A program made the translations under genes and the position numbers. The notes under the pieces are model-generated. The model made no database searches. It was not told the origin of the DNA and was given only the letters and a program-made list of their open reading frames with translations. From a virus, in IMG/VR virus record IMGVR_UViG_3300036851_000411, positions 1 to 64,000 of that record: a DNA stretch of 64,000 bases. One strand, given 5' to 3'. Shown here in pieces: positions 36,754 through 45,500 of the stretch; position 1 is the stretch's first letter; each line of letters opens with the position of its first letter.

Positions 36754-37152
36754 ATGAATTCCGCCGAGATGCGCGAGATGGCGCAGACGAACCTCCGCGA
36801 GGCGCTCGAGCTCACGAGCCCGAACCTCACGCTTACGAAGCGTGCGACGGGCATACTCGCTCCCATCACGGACACGACGACGCCGTCGACGCGCACGCCG
36901 ACGAGCTACGCGGCGTACGGGGTCGTGTTGCCGAAGAAGCCACGTCGGTTCGAGCCGGGGAGCACGGCGACTGGCATGGCCGAGCAGGTTCTTATCGCCG
37001 CGGCGGAGCTGCCGGACGGGATCGCGCCCGAGCCGAACGACCTCGTCACGATGAGTGGCGGTCGCCAGATCGTCATCGGCCCAGTCGACACGCTTCGGCC
37101 GGACGGCGTCACGCCGGTGCTGTACACCTGCGACGCGACAGGAGGGCGTTAG
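36754..37152 (+). CDS. Head-closure protein
   Basis: Synteny; P.PND.V...P.G..PVLY motif. Confidence 0.6.
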   Translation: MNSAEMREMAQTNLREALELTSPNLTLTKRATGILAPITDTTTPSTRTPTSYAAYGVVLPKKPRRFEPGSTATGMAEQVLIAAAELPDGIAPEPNDLVTMSGGRQIVIGPVDTLRPDGVTPVLYTCDATGGR

Positions 37153-37155
37153 GCG

Positions 37156-37608
37156 ATGGCTGACGACCTCAACGCCTTCATCGAGGAGCTTGCGCGCGCG
37201 GGGAGCCAGGTGCTCCACGCGGTCGACCGCATCGCCAAGGAGGCGACGAACGACCTCGCGCGGGAGATCGTCATCGGCGGCTCGTATTCGCCCGGCACGC
37301 CAGTCGCGAGCGGTGCGGCACGCGGGCACTGGGGCGCGTCGATCGATGGGAACGGTGGACCGCCGCCCTTCCTGCCATCGCACGTCGACCCCGCAGGCGA
37401 CGCAACGTTAGGCGCGATCCACCAGAGTGTCCTCGGCGCGCCGCTCTTCGCCGAGGTCGGGCTGACGAACAGCGCGCCCTACATCGAGAACCTGGAGAAC
37501 GGGCTGTCGGGGCAGGCACCCGAGGGCATGGTGCGGCTTGCCGTTGCCCAGTGGGAGCCGATCGCCACCGCCGCGGCCGAGCGCGTGATCCGACAGGAGC
37601 TGGTCTAG
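37156..37608 (+). CDS. HK97 gp10-like tail component
   Basis: TPVASGAARGHW, N.APYI..LE.G.S.QAP.GMVR. Confidence 0.75.
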   Translation: MADDLNAFIEELARAGSQVLHAVDRIAKEATNDLAREIVIGGSYSPGTPVASGAARGHWGASIDGNGGPPPFLPSHVDPAGDATLGAIHQSVLGAPLFAEVGLTNSAPYIENLENGLSGQAPEGMVRLAVAQWEPIATAAAERVIRQELV

Positions 37609-38063
37609 TGCCGCTCTCGACCGATGTCGCGGCCTTCGAAGGCAAGGTGCGGAGCGCCCTCGTGACCGCGCTGCTCGGGGTGAGTGGCTTCCCCACCAAC
37701 CCGGCGCATCAGGGCTGGGAAAACCGGCCGTTCACGCCGCCGGCGCAGACGACGCACTTCCGCTTCCGCCTGGTGATGGGTGAGCCGACGCAGATGAACA
37801 TCGGCCGGCAGCCGCGGCTCCTCCGCTACCGCGGGACGGCGGCCGTCGATCTGTACTTCCCGGCGGGTGACGGCACTGTGCCGGCCTCGACGCTCGGCGG
37901 CGCCATCGTGGCCGCGTTCCCGCCCGGGCACGAGCTCACGTACAGCGACCAGCGCGTGCGGATCACGAAGGCCGTGAAAGAAACCGGGAAGCCCGGCAGC
38001 GAGTGGTTCCACGTCCCCGTCACGATCACGTGGTGGGCCGACGTGCTCGACACGTCCGCCTAA
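37608..38063 (+). CDS. Tail terminator protein (DUF4128-like)
   Basis: WEN.PFTPP, G...VDLYFP.G.G, WFHVPVTI.W. Confidence 0.7.
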   Translation: MPLSTDVAAFEGKVRSALVTALLGVSGFPTNPAHQGWENRPFTPPAQTTHFRFRLVMGEPTQMNIGRQPRLLRYRGTAAVDLYFPAGDGTVPASTLGGAIVAAFPPGHELTYSDQRVRITKAVKETGKPGSEWFHVPVTITWWADVLDTSA

Positions 38064-38122
38064 CGCACCGTTCAACCCGCGTTCTCACCGCGCTCACCGA
38101 ACACCTAACGAGGGACTGACCC

Positions 38123-39592
38123 ATGGCACAAGCCACCACCGATCGCGTCCGACTCGCCTACGTCCCCGAGGTGACGTTCAAGACGACGCCCGCGAGCCCG
38201 CTCTTCCGGCTCTGGCGCAACAAGTCGCAGGGACTGGGTGGGACGCCCAAGTCCGTCGTCTCCGAGGAGATCATCTCCTCGCGCGAGATCGCCGATTTCA
38301 TCCTCGTCGGCAAGGATGTCGCGGGCGATGTCGGCGGCGAGCTGATTCACGATGCGTACGAAGAGCAGATGGCCGGCGCGTACGCCAACGCGTGGGTCGG
38401 CGGGCCGCGTCGGTGGAATGCCTTCGCCGGGCAGATCACCGCGGTGTCGAGCTCCCAGTACACGGTCCTCGCGGTCACCGGCGAGGCGTTCGCCGAGGGC
38501 ATGCTCGTCCGAGCGACCGGATTCACCAACGCCGGCAACAACCGAATCTTCCGCGCGGCGGCCACGTCGAGTGGCACGGCGGTCGTCGTCTCCGGCGGAA
38601 CCACCGAAGCCTCACCGCCTGTGACGGCGCGGCTCCAGGTGATCGGCTTCGCGGGCGCATCGGGCGATGTCACCGCCACGACCACGGGCCTCGCCTCGAC
38701 GGTGCTGGACCTAACGACGCTCGGACTCACCGTGGGCCAGTGGTTGTACGCGCCGGGCACCGCCGACGCGTTCGGCACCGCGGCGGGCAACAAGTTCGCG
38801 GGGATTCCCGGCGGGTTCCTCCGGATCAGTGCCATCGCCGCCGCGGCGATCACGTGTGACATCCGACCGGCGGGGTGGACGACCGACGCCGGTGCGTCGA
38901 AGACGATCCACGTCTACGGCGGGAAGTTCCTCAAGAATGGAACGACACGCACGTCGTTCACGATCGAGCGCGCGTTCCTCGATACCGACGCGGTCACGTA
39001 TGAGTACTTCACCGGGTCGATCATGGACAAGATGTCCGTGAGCGCCAAGCCGCAGGCGATCATGGAGATCGGCTTCTCGGTGCTGTCGGCGGTGCACACG
39101 CTGACGGAGACGGAAGCCTCGGGCGCCACCCGCACGACGATCTCGAGCGACGACGTGATGAACACGTCGAGCAACGTCGTGGAGCTCATGGAGGGCGGCT
39201 CGTCGATTCTGGCCGGGCCGAACTTCGTGCTCGGGATGGATTTCCAGATCAACAACAACGTCCGTCAGGGCCCGGGCATCGGCACGCTCAACTACGTCGT
39301 CGTGAACCTCGGCACGTTCGAGGTCTCAGGGAAGGTCGAGACCTACTTCGCGAGCAAGGCGTTGCTCGACAAACTGCTCTCGCAGTCGGAGACGCAGCTC
39401 ATGCAAGCGGTGATCGACGGCGATCACCATGGCCTGCTGTTCGACTTCCCGAACGTGAAATACGGGTCGGGCTCGCCGGCTGTCCCGGGGCGCAACGAAG
39501 ACGTGAAGGTCACGCTCGACTTTCGTGCCAAGCGCGACCCGACGCTGCTCTACACGGCGAGCGTCACCCAGTTCGAATCGATCGGCAGCTAA
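38123..39592 (+). CDS. Tail tube (major tail) protein
   Basis: LAYVPE.TF.TTP, SEEI...R, NGT.RTSFTIE, G.FEVSG.VETYF. Confidence 0.85.
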   Translation: MAQATTDRVRLAYVPEVTFKTTPASPLFRLWRNKSQGLGGTPKSVVSEEIISSREIADFILVGKDVAGDVGGELIHDAYEEQMAGAYANAWVGGPRRWNAFAGQITAVSSSQYTVLAVTGEAFAEGMLVRATGFTNAGNNRIFRAAATSSGTAVVVSGGTTEASPPVTARLQVIGFAGASGDVTATTTGLASTVLDLTTLGLTVGQWLYAPGTADAFGTAAGNKFAGIPGGFLRISAIAAAAITCDIRPAGWTTDAGASKTIHVYGGKFLKNGTTRTSFTIERAFLDTDAVTYEYFTGSIMDKMSVSAKPQAIMEIGFSVLSAVHTLTETEASGATRTTISSDDVMNTSSNVVELMEGGSSILAGPNFVLGMDFQINNNVRQGPGIGTLNYVVVNLGTFEVSGKVETYFASKALLDKLLSQSETQLMQAVIDGDHHGLLFDFPNVKYGSGSPAVPGRNEDVKVTLDFRAKRDPTLLYTASVTQFESIGS

Positions 39593-39713
39593 TCGGCAGC
39601 TCACAGGAGGGTAACCGGAAACTCCATCACCTGCGCTGCACCAGCACACTCTCATAGATACTGAGCCTGGCGCGGTGGCGTGGGTGCTCTGCAAGACCGG
39701 TTACCCGATCCAT

Positions 39714-39753
39714 GCACGTTAGGGCACGTTAGGGCACGTTAGGAGTCGTTAGG
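39714..39753. repeat. 10-bp tandem repeat (GCACGTTAGG)x3 + AGTCGTTAGG
   Basis: Read directly; four CGTTAGG heptamers at 39717, 39727, 39737 and 39747. Confidence 0.95.
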
Positions 39754-39888
39754 CATGGCCTCGGCGGCGTTCATGCCGTCGTCGGGGAGCGGAGCGGAGG
39801 GGGACTCACAGCCCCAAACCGGGCGCGGCTCGCGAGAGCCGGCATGACGCCCGGGGAGGGGCATCCGCGTTTACCGGAGAGACTCGTT

Positions 39889-40392
39889 ATGGAAGGCGAC
39901 ACATCGAACACCACCGTGAACCCGCTCGCCCGTCAGGAGATCGCGACCACGCAGCCCGACAACCCGCGCCCAGTGCCGGCGCTCTGGGACCGCTACGCGC
40001 AATCGGAAGAGGCGATCGAATCAGGCGCGTGGGTGGATCTCGGCGACGGCATCCGCGTCAAGGTCCGGTCGGTCCACTCGACGCGCGTGCGGAAGAAGAA
40101 CGCCGAGACGCTGCGGAAGGACCGGGCGAAGTATGCCGCGCGCGGGTTCGTCCTCGATCCGGCCGAGCAGGATGCAAAGGAGATCGCCGACGCCGTCGAG
40201 GTGTTGGTCGACTGGGAGGGCGTGACCGATGCGTTTGGCGAGGTCCTCGTCCCATCGCGCGAGAACAAGGAGGAGATTTTCAAGGCGCTCCCGCCGTTCC
40301 GTCGCGATGTGCTTGCGGCGGCGGGGATGGACGAGACGTACCGGGCCACCGCGCTCGCCGGTATCGCGGGAAACTCACGGCGACCCGCTTAG
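39889..40392 (+). CDS. Tail assembly chaperone (G-like)
   Basis: Between tail tube and tape measure; LVDWEGV motif; ends with slippery G GGA AAC. Confidence 0.8.
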   Translation: MEGDTSNTTVNPLARQEIATTQPDNPRPVPALWDRYAQSEEAIESGAWVDLGDGIRVKVRSVHSTRVRKKNAETLRKDRAKYAARGFVLDPAEQDAKEIADAVEVLVDWEGVTDAFGEVLVPSRENKEEIFKALPPFRRDVLAAAGMDETYRATALAGIAGNSRRPA

Positions 40393-40781
40393 CGCTCTTT
40401 CGCTACGGCGGGATGGCGAGCGCGCTCGAGATCGCCGAGCGTGCGCTGCGAAAGGGTCTGGCCATTCCGGAAGGTGTGGAAGCGGTACTCTCGATTCCGG
40501 AGCCGCTGCAGCCCTACTGGGACGCGTGGGACGTGCTCCACGCGGGGCGCCACTACGCGGCGGGTATGGCGGGTGCGCTGCCCATGGGGCTCGCGGTGAG
40601 TGAAATGCTGGCGTACGCGCACGCGTTCGGCTTCGCGGAGAGTGACGAGGATCTCGCGGAATTCTTCGACTATATGCGCGCGCAGGACAGCGGATTCTTC
40701 CAGGCGTTCTCGGAGCTCCACGGCGCGCCCGGGTCGGATGGTGGGCACGCGCAGAAACGACTCGGATCGCCGGAAGGGTAG
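40368..40781 (+). CDS. Tail assembly chaperone -1 frameshift extension (T-like)
   Basis: GGGAAAC at 40368-40374; the -1 frame is open to 40781. Confidence 0.75.
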   Translation, partial: GKLTATRLALFRYGGMASALEIAERALRKGLAIPEGVEAVLSIPEPLQPYWDAWDVLHAGRHYAAGMAGALPMGLAVSEMLAYAHAFGFAESDEDLAEFFDYMRAQDSGFFQAFSELHGAPGSDGGHAQKRLGSPEG

Positions 40782-40926
40782 TGCCGGAGTGAGCAAGTCT
40801 GGCGAAAGGGTCCGCCGTTAAGCGGGCCACCCTGATCCAGGTACTACGCGCTCCGGTGCATCCGGCCGCTTGCGCAACCGCGCGGGCGGCGCCAGCCTTC
40901 CCGGGAAGCTCATCCGGGAGCGATGT

Positions 40927-41313
40927 ATGTGGGCATGGTTGGCGATCTTCGCGGGCGGGGTGCTCGCGGGCTATTTCGTCTGGCGCTTTACGACACGGAG
41001 CGGGAAAGCCCATAGCGCGCGACTCCTCGAGCGATCACAGCGCGCCGTCGGTTCCCTCCAGGACATCCGAGTTACTCAGGAACTGCGTCGGCGCGCACTG
41101 GAGAACGAGGCGCTCACGCGTAATGCTGGCGAGTCGCTCATCTGCCCGAAATGCGGATCCGAATCGGTCGGCGTCGGACGCCGCGGGTTCAGTGCCGGGA
41201 AGGCCGCTTTAGGCGCCCTGACCGCGGGTGGCGTGCTGTTAGGCGCCGTGGGCGCGGGGAAGGTCGAGAACGCGTGCGGCCACTGCGGTCACCGGTGGAG
41301 CCCATCCAGCTGA
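40927..41313 (+). CDS. Membrane-anchored zinc-ribbon protein (moron)
   Basis: N-terminal TM, CPKCGS...GFSAGKA...C..CGHRW. Confidence 0.7.
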   Translation: MWAWLAIFAGGVLAGYFVWRFTTRSGKAHSARLLERSQRAVGSLQDIRVTQELRRRALENEALTRNAGESLICPKCGSESVGVGRRGFSAGKAALGALTAGGVLLGAVGAGKVENACGHCGHRWSPSS

Positions 41314-41338
41314 GAGACAGTCGGTTCGCCGGGTAAGT

Positions 41339-41367
41339 TTGCACTGTCGTACCGCGCGCCGTAGGAT
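41339..41367 (+). promoter_or_regulatory. sigma70 promoter of the lower-GC moron
   Basis: TTGCAC-17-TAGGAT. Confidence 0.6.
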
Positions 41368-41403
41368 TGTGTGTCTCTCACATTCAAACGGGACCGACGA
41401 CCT

Positions 41404-41838
41404 GTGAACGTGACATTTGCCCATCTGTGCGACTACGCGACAGTTTCGCGAGAGGGAAAGTTAAGCATGATGGGCATTTTTGACCGGATTGGGGTTCAGT
41501 CCCTTCCGGCCATGCACCCGCTCTTTTATCTGGCGTTCGAACTGGAGCTATTCCCGGCCGAGTTGGGCCGGCCATTCAAGCTTGCGATTCGACTTGCCGA
41601 TGCTGATGGGGGGAAGGTCCTCGAGACCGAAGCTGACGCAAAGATAGAGGGGCAGGCCAAGCCCGGTGATATGGTTCGCAGTCCGCAAGTGATTGCCTTC
41701 GCCGGACTTCCATTCCGGAAGGCCGGTCGGTACAGCGTCGATATCTTTCTCAACGGCGACCGCAAGTCAGGCGCGACATTCGAGGTCATCGCTGGCGCTA
41801 CCCAAGCCGACGTTTCACCGCCCGACTTACCGAAGTGA
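41404..41838 (+). CDS. DUF6941-like beta-sandwich protein
   Basis: LCDYA....GKLSMMGIFDRI...P..HP...LPF...GRY.VDI; start may be 41371. Confidence 0.65.
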   Translation: MNVTFAHLCDYATVSREGKLSMMGIFDRIGVQSLPAMHPLFYLAFELELFPAELGRPFKLAIRLADADGGKVLETEADAKIEGQAKPGDMVRSPQVIAFAGLPFRKAGRYSVDIFLNGDRKSGATFEVIAGATQADVSPPDLPK

Positions 41839-42101
41839 GCCGTTACGCGTCTGCTATCAATACGCTGACGGCGTGGCAATCCGATCCAGCCGGAGCTACG
41901 ACGGAGGCGGTGCGGCAACTCCTTCACGATATCGGGTATACAGAGGAGACGGCTGCCGATTACCGGACCGTTCTGTTGTTCTACCGGAAGGGATGGTGTC
42001 GTTGGACGCTCGTTGCGGGAACGCCTTTCGTTCCGGTGGGCTATTTGCAAGAGATTGCGAGCACGATGATTCCAATTCTTTCAGCTGAGAGTGATACATG
42101 A
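41835..42101 (+). CDS. HicA-like small protein (divergent)
   Basis: 88 aa, EAVRQLLHDIGY helix, coupled upstream of a HicB-like gene; lacks the GSH motif. Confidence 0.45.
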   Translation: MSRYASAINTLTAWQSDPAGATTEAVRQLLHDIGYTEETAADYRTVLLFYRKGWCRWTLVAGTPFVPVGYLQEIASTMIPILSAESDT

Positions 42102-42466
42102 CTACCTCCGGCATCCTTGGGGCGGCTCAACAGCCGATCATACCGGGCATGTTTGTACTCGGGGGATACAGGGTGGAAACGCGCGATGACGCGTATCCCG
42201 ATGGAACGGGGTGCGTGGTGGCAAAGCATCCGGACCTACCGGGTTGCGTTGGCTACGGGGCTGATCATTCGGAAGCCCTCCAATCGCTTGAGGCAGCGCG
42301 GTGCGCCTACATCACCAGTTTGCGCACACACGGGGAAGAAGTCCCCGCATCGCTGATCCTTTCAATTTCGGGTTCCGCGCATTGGCAGCTTACTGCGGCG
42401 CCGATGTGGACCAAGACCACGGTTAACCCGACGCTAGGGGCTCAGCCCGCGCTGCAGACCGCGTAG
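42098..42466 (+). CDS. hicB: HicB-family antitoxin
   Basis: VAKHPDLPGCVGYG....EAL..L..A...YI..L...GEEVP. Confidence 0.8.
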   Translation: MTTSGILGAAQQPIIPGMFVLGGYRVETRDDAYPDGTGCVVAKHPDLPGCVGYGADHSEALQSLEAARCAYITSLRTHGEEVPASLILSISGSAHWQLTAAPMWTKTTVNPTLGAQPALQTA

Positions 42467-42484
42467 CAGCTGTCCCACGAAGGT

Positions 42485-42523
42485 GCGGCGGCGTCCCGAG
42501 CGGGGCGCCGCCGCTCGTTGTTT
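42485..42523 (+). terminator. Intrinsic terminator after the moron
   Basis: GCGGCGGCGTCCC-GAGC-GGGGCGCCGCCGC-TCGTTGTTT. Confidence 0.75.
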
Positions 42524-42535
42524 CCATCTCGGGCG

Positions 42536-42563
42536 TTGAGTATATGTGATAATCGCATAGATT
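42536..42563 (+). promoter_or_regulatory. Class I promoter/operator upstream of the tape measure gene
   Basis: TTGAGT-A-TATGTGATAATCGCA-TAGATT. Confidence 0.8.
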
Positions 42564-42593
42564 CCCCGGCATGCCTCGGCCGGAGCGCGCGCC

Positions 42594-45500
42594 CTGAGCA
42601 CCTACACGCTCAATATTGCGATCAACGCTGGGCCGGCCCAAGCGGGCGGCCAGCTGGTCGTCCGCACGCTCGAGGAGATCAAGGCCGCAGCACAGCAGAC
42701 CGTCGCGGCGGTCTCGCAGTCGAACCAACTGCTCGGCCAGATCCTCGGTGCCGTGCAGACTGGTGCACAGCAAGGGGCCAACGGTGTCAAGCAGCTCAGC
42801 GCCCAGGTCTCCGCGCTCCAGCGGACGATGCAGAGCGCATGGGCGGTCGCCAAGCAGTGGCTCGCGTTCGCGGGGATCGGGCTCGGCGTCAAGCAACTCA
42901 TCGACTACGCCGACGGCTACCGGCTCGTCGAAGGGCGCATCAAGCTCACGACGAAGTCGACCGACGAGCTGCGCGCCGTCGAGGCGAAGCTGTTCGAGGT
43001 CGCCAACGCGACGCGCACGAGCTACGCGGCGACGGCCGATCTCTATTCGAAGGTCGCGCGATCGTCCGGTGAGCTCGGGATCAGCCAGCGGCAGGTCGTC
43101 ACACTGACGCAGGCCGTCGGCCAAGCCCTGCAGATCTCCGGTGCGAGCACCGGGGAGGCGACGGCGGCGACGCTCCAGCTCGGGCAGGCGTTCAGCTCCG
43201 CGCGCCTCAGCGGCGACGAGCTGCGGTCCGTGCTTGAAAATGCGCCGCGCCTCGCCAAGGCAGTCGCCGACGGCATGGGCGTCACGGTGGGCCAGCTCCG
43301 CACGTTAGGCTCGCAGGGGAAGCTCACTGGCGAAGCCGTCGCGAAAGCGATTCTCAGCCAGGCCGACGCGCTCAACCGGGAATTCAAGAGCGTCCCGCTC
43401 ACGATCGGCCAGAGCTTTACGGTTCTGGGCAACTACATCCAGCGGTACGTCGGCTGGTCGGACCGCGCGACGGGTGCCAGTGCGCTGCTGGCGCGCACGA
43501 TCATCCTGCTCGCGCATAACGTCGACCTCCTCGCCAACTTCGCGATCTACGCCGGGGTCGTATTCCTGCTGTATCGGAACCTGACACTCCTCACCGCCGG
43601 CATGGCGATCGCCCGGGTGGCGGTGCTTGCGCTCGCGGCGGGGAACTGGGCGGGCGTCGCGTCCACGTTAGGCCTCACCGCCGCGGTCAATGGGCTCAAG
43701 GCGGCCATCGCCTCGACCGGCATCGGGCTCCTCCTCATCGCGATCGGCGCCATCGCCGTGGCGCTCTACACGTGGTACCAGCGCACGAAGCAGCAGAAGG
43801 AGGCGCTCCGCGAGCTCTCGGACGAGATCAAGAAGCAGAAGCAGGCGTCCGACAGCGCGCGCGCCAGTGTGCTCAACGAGGCCGCGGCCGATCAGATCCG
43901 GCAGCAGCAGCAGCTCGAGGCGCTCCGCCGCAGTGGGCCCAAGGCACTGGAGCGCGTGCAGAACGTGCAGTCCGATGAGAACGCCGCGCTCGAGGAGGGG
44001 AAACGTCTCTACGGCGAGTATGTGAAGAAGTCCGAAGAGGCGGCGCAAGCCCGCGGCAAAGCTATCACCGTCGAGAGGGATTTCACGAAAGCGCTCGCCG
44101 GTGGCAACAAGGAGGCGCAGGCCTTCCTCCTTATCGCTGCCGAGACGGCGCTCCGGAAGCGTGCGGTCACCACCGAGACGGAGCTCGTCACGAAGGCAAT
44201 CGAGATCCAGAACGACCGCCTCGAGAAGGAAGCCGACGCGTGGGCGACGGTGGGGCAGGCCGTGCGTCAGGCACAGCGCGACGGCGCTGGGCTCAAGACG
44301 CTCACCACGGCGTATCAGAACGCGGAGACGCGGGCGCGCGCCGCGGCTGGGGCCTCTGGTGGCTACGCGCTCGCGTTAGGGAACGAGCTGCGCGCGATCG
44401 AGAACTACGTCAAGGAGGCCGAGCGCGCGACGGAGATCGGGGAGGCGATCAACGGGCTGTCGTTCGACGCCGCGGCGATCGTGACGAAAGAGATGAACGC
44501 GCGCTACAAGCTCGCCGACGCCCTCGACGAGCAGACGCGGAAGACAAAGGACCTCGCCCGACTCCAGGCCGAGGCGCAGAACCGACAGCTCAAGGCGACG
44601 CTCCCGTCCACCCCGCCCAAGAGCGCCTTTGCGCAGGCGAACGACGCCGAGGAGGGGGACATCGCGGCCCGCATTCAGGCGCGGGCGCAGGAGATGAAAC
44701 TCATCGTCGAGAACGTGTTCCGCGGCATGCAGGAGTCGGCGGCGCAGTTCTTCCTCAACGTCTTCACGCAGGGTATCCGCTCGTTTCGCGATCTGTTCAA
44801 CAGCATCCGGCTGCTCTTCCTCCAGATGCTGGCGCAACTGGCCGCCGCGAAGCTCGTGACGAAGCTGCGCGACACGATCCGCGCGCAGGTCGGCGGGGTG
44901 AGCGAAGACGGCCTGACGAAGATCGCGCCCACTTCGCCCGGGTACGGGACCGCTGCATCGAAGCTCGGGGCGGCGGGCCAGGTGGCCGGCGCCGTGGGAT
45001 TCGTCGCCTCCATCATCACGGGCTTCGGCAACACCCTCGCCAAGAGCCGCGACCAGGCGAAATACGGCGGGGCGGCGTTAGGCTTCGCCGCGTTCGGCCC
45101 GGTCGGGGCACTGGCCGGCGCCGCGCTCTCGCTCGCGGGGTTCGACAAGAAAGCGAAGGCCGCGGCGAAGGCAATGGCTGAGGCGCAGAAGGAGTTCGCG
45201 CGCAACCTCGACAGCTTCGTGGCGACGGCGTTCGGCACCGGCTCGGGGCTCGCCGACGCGTTGCGCGCGAATCAGCAGGCGCGGGACGAGCTCCGGAAAG
45301 AAGCCAACGTGGCGCTCTCGGGCAAGAAAAACGAGAAGGTCCGTAACCAGCAACTCGAGGAGATCGACACCGCGACGAAAGCCAATGCCGCTCGGCTGGC
45401 GAAGGAGTTCACCGACGGCATCGAGGCGCAGATCAACGCCCTCACCGGGAAGAGCGACCTCAACGCGCGGGCCGCGCTGGAAAAGGAGTACGCCGAGAAC

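Noticed and set aside
39714-39753. Telomere-like (TTAGG/TTAGGG) repeat or CRISPR array
   Set aside because: Only four 10-bp units, internal to an operon, with no spacers or cas genes; resemblance to eukaryotic telomeres is not evidence of function.
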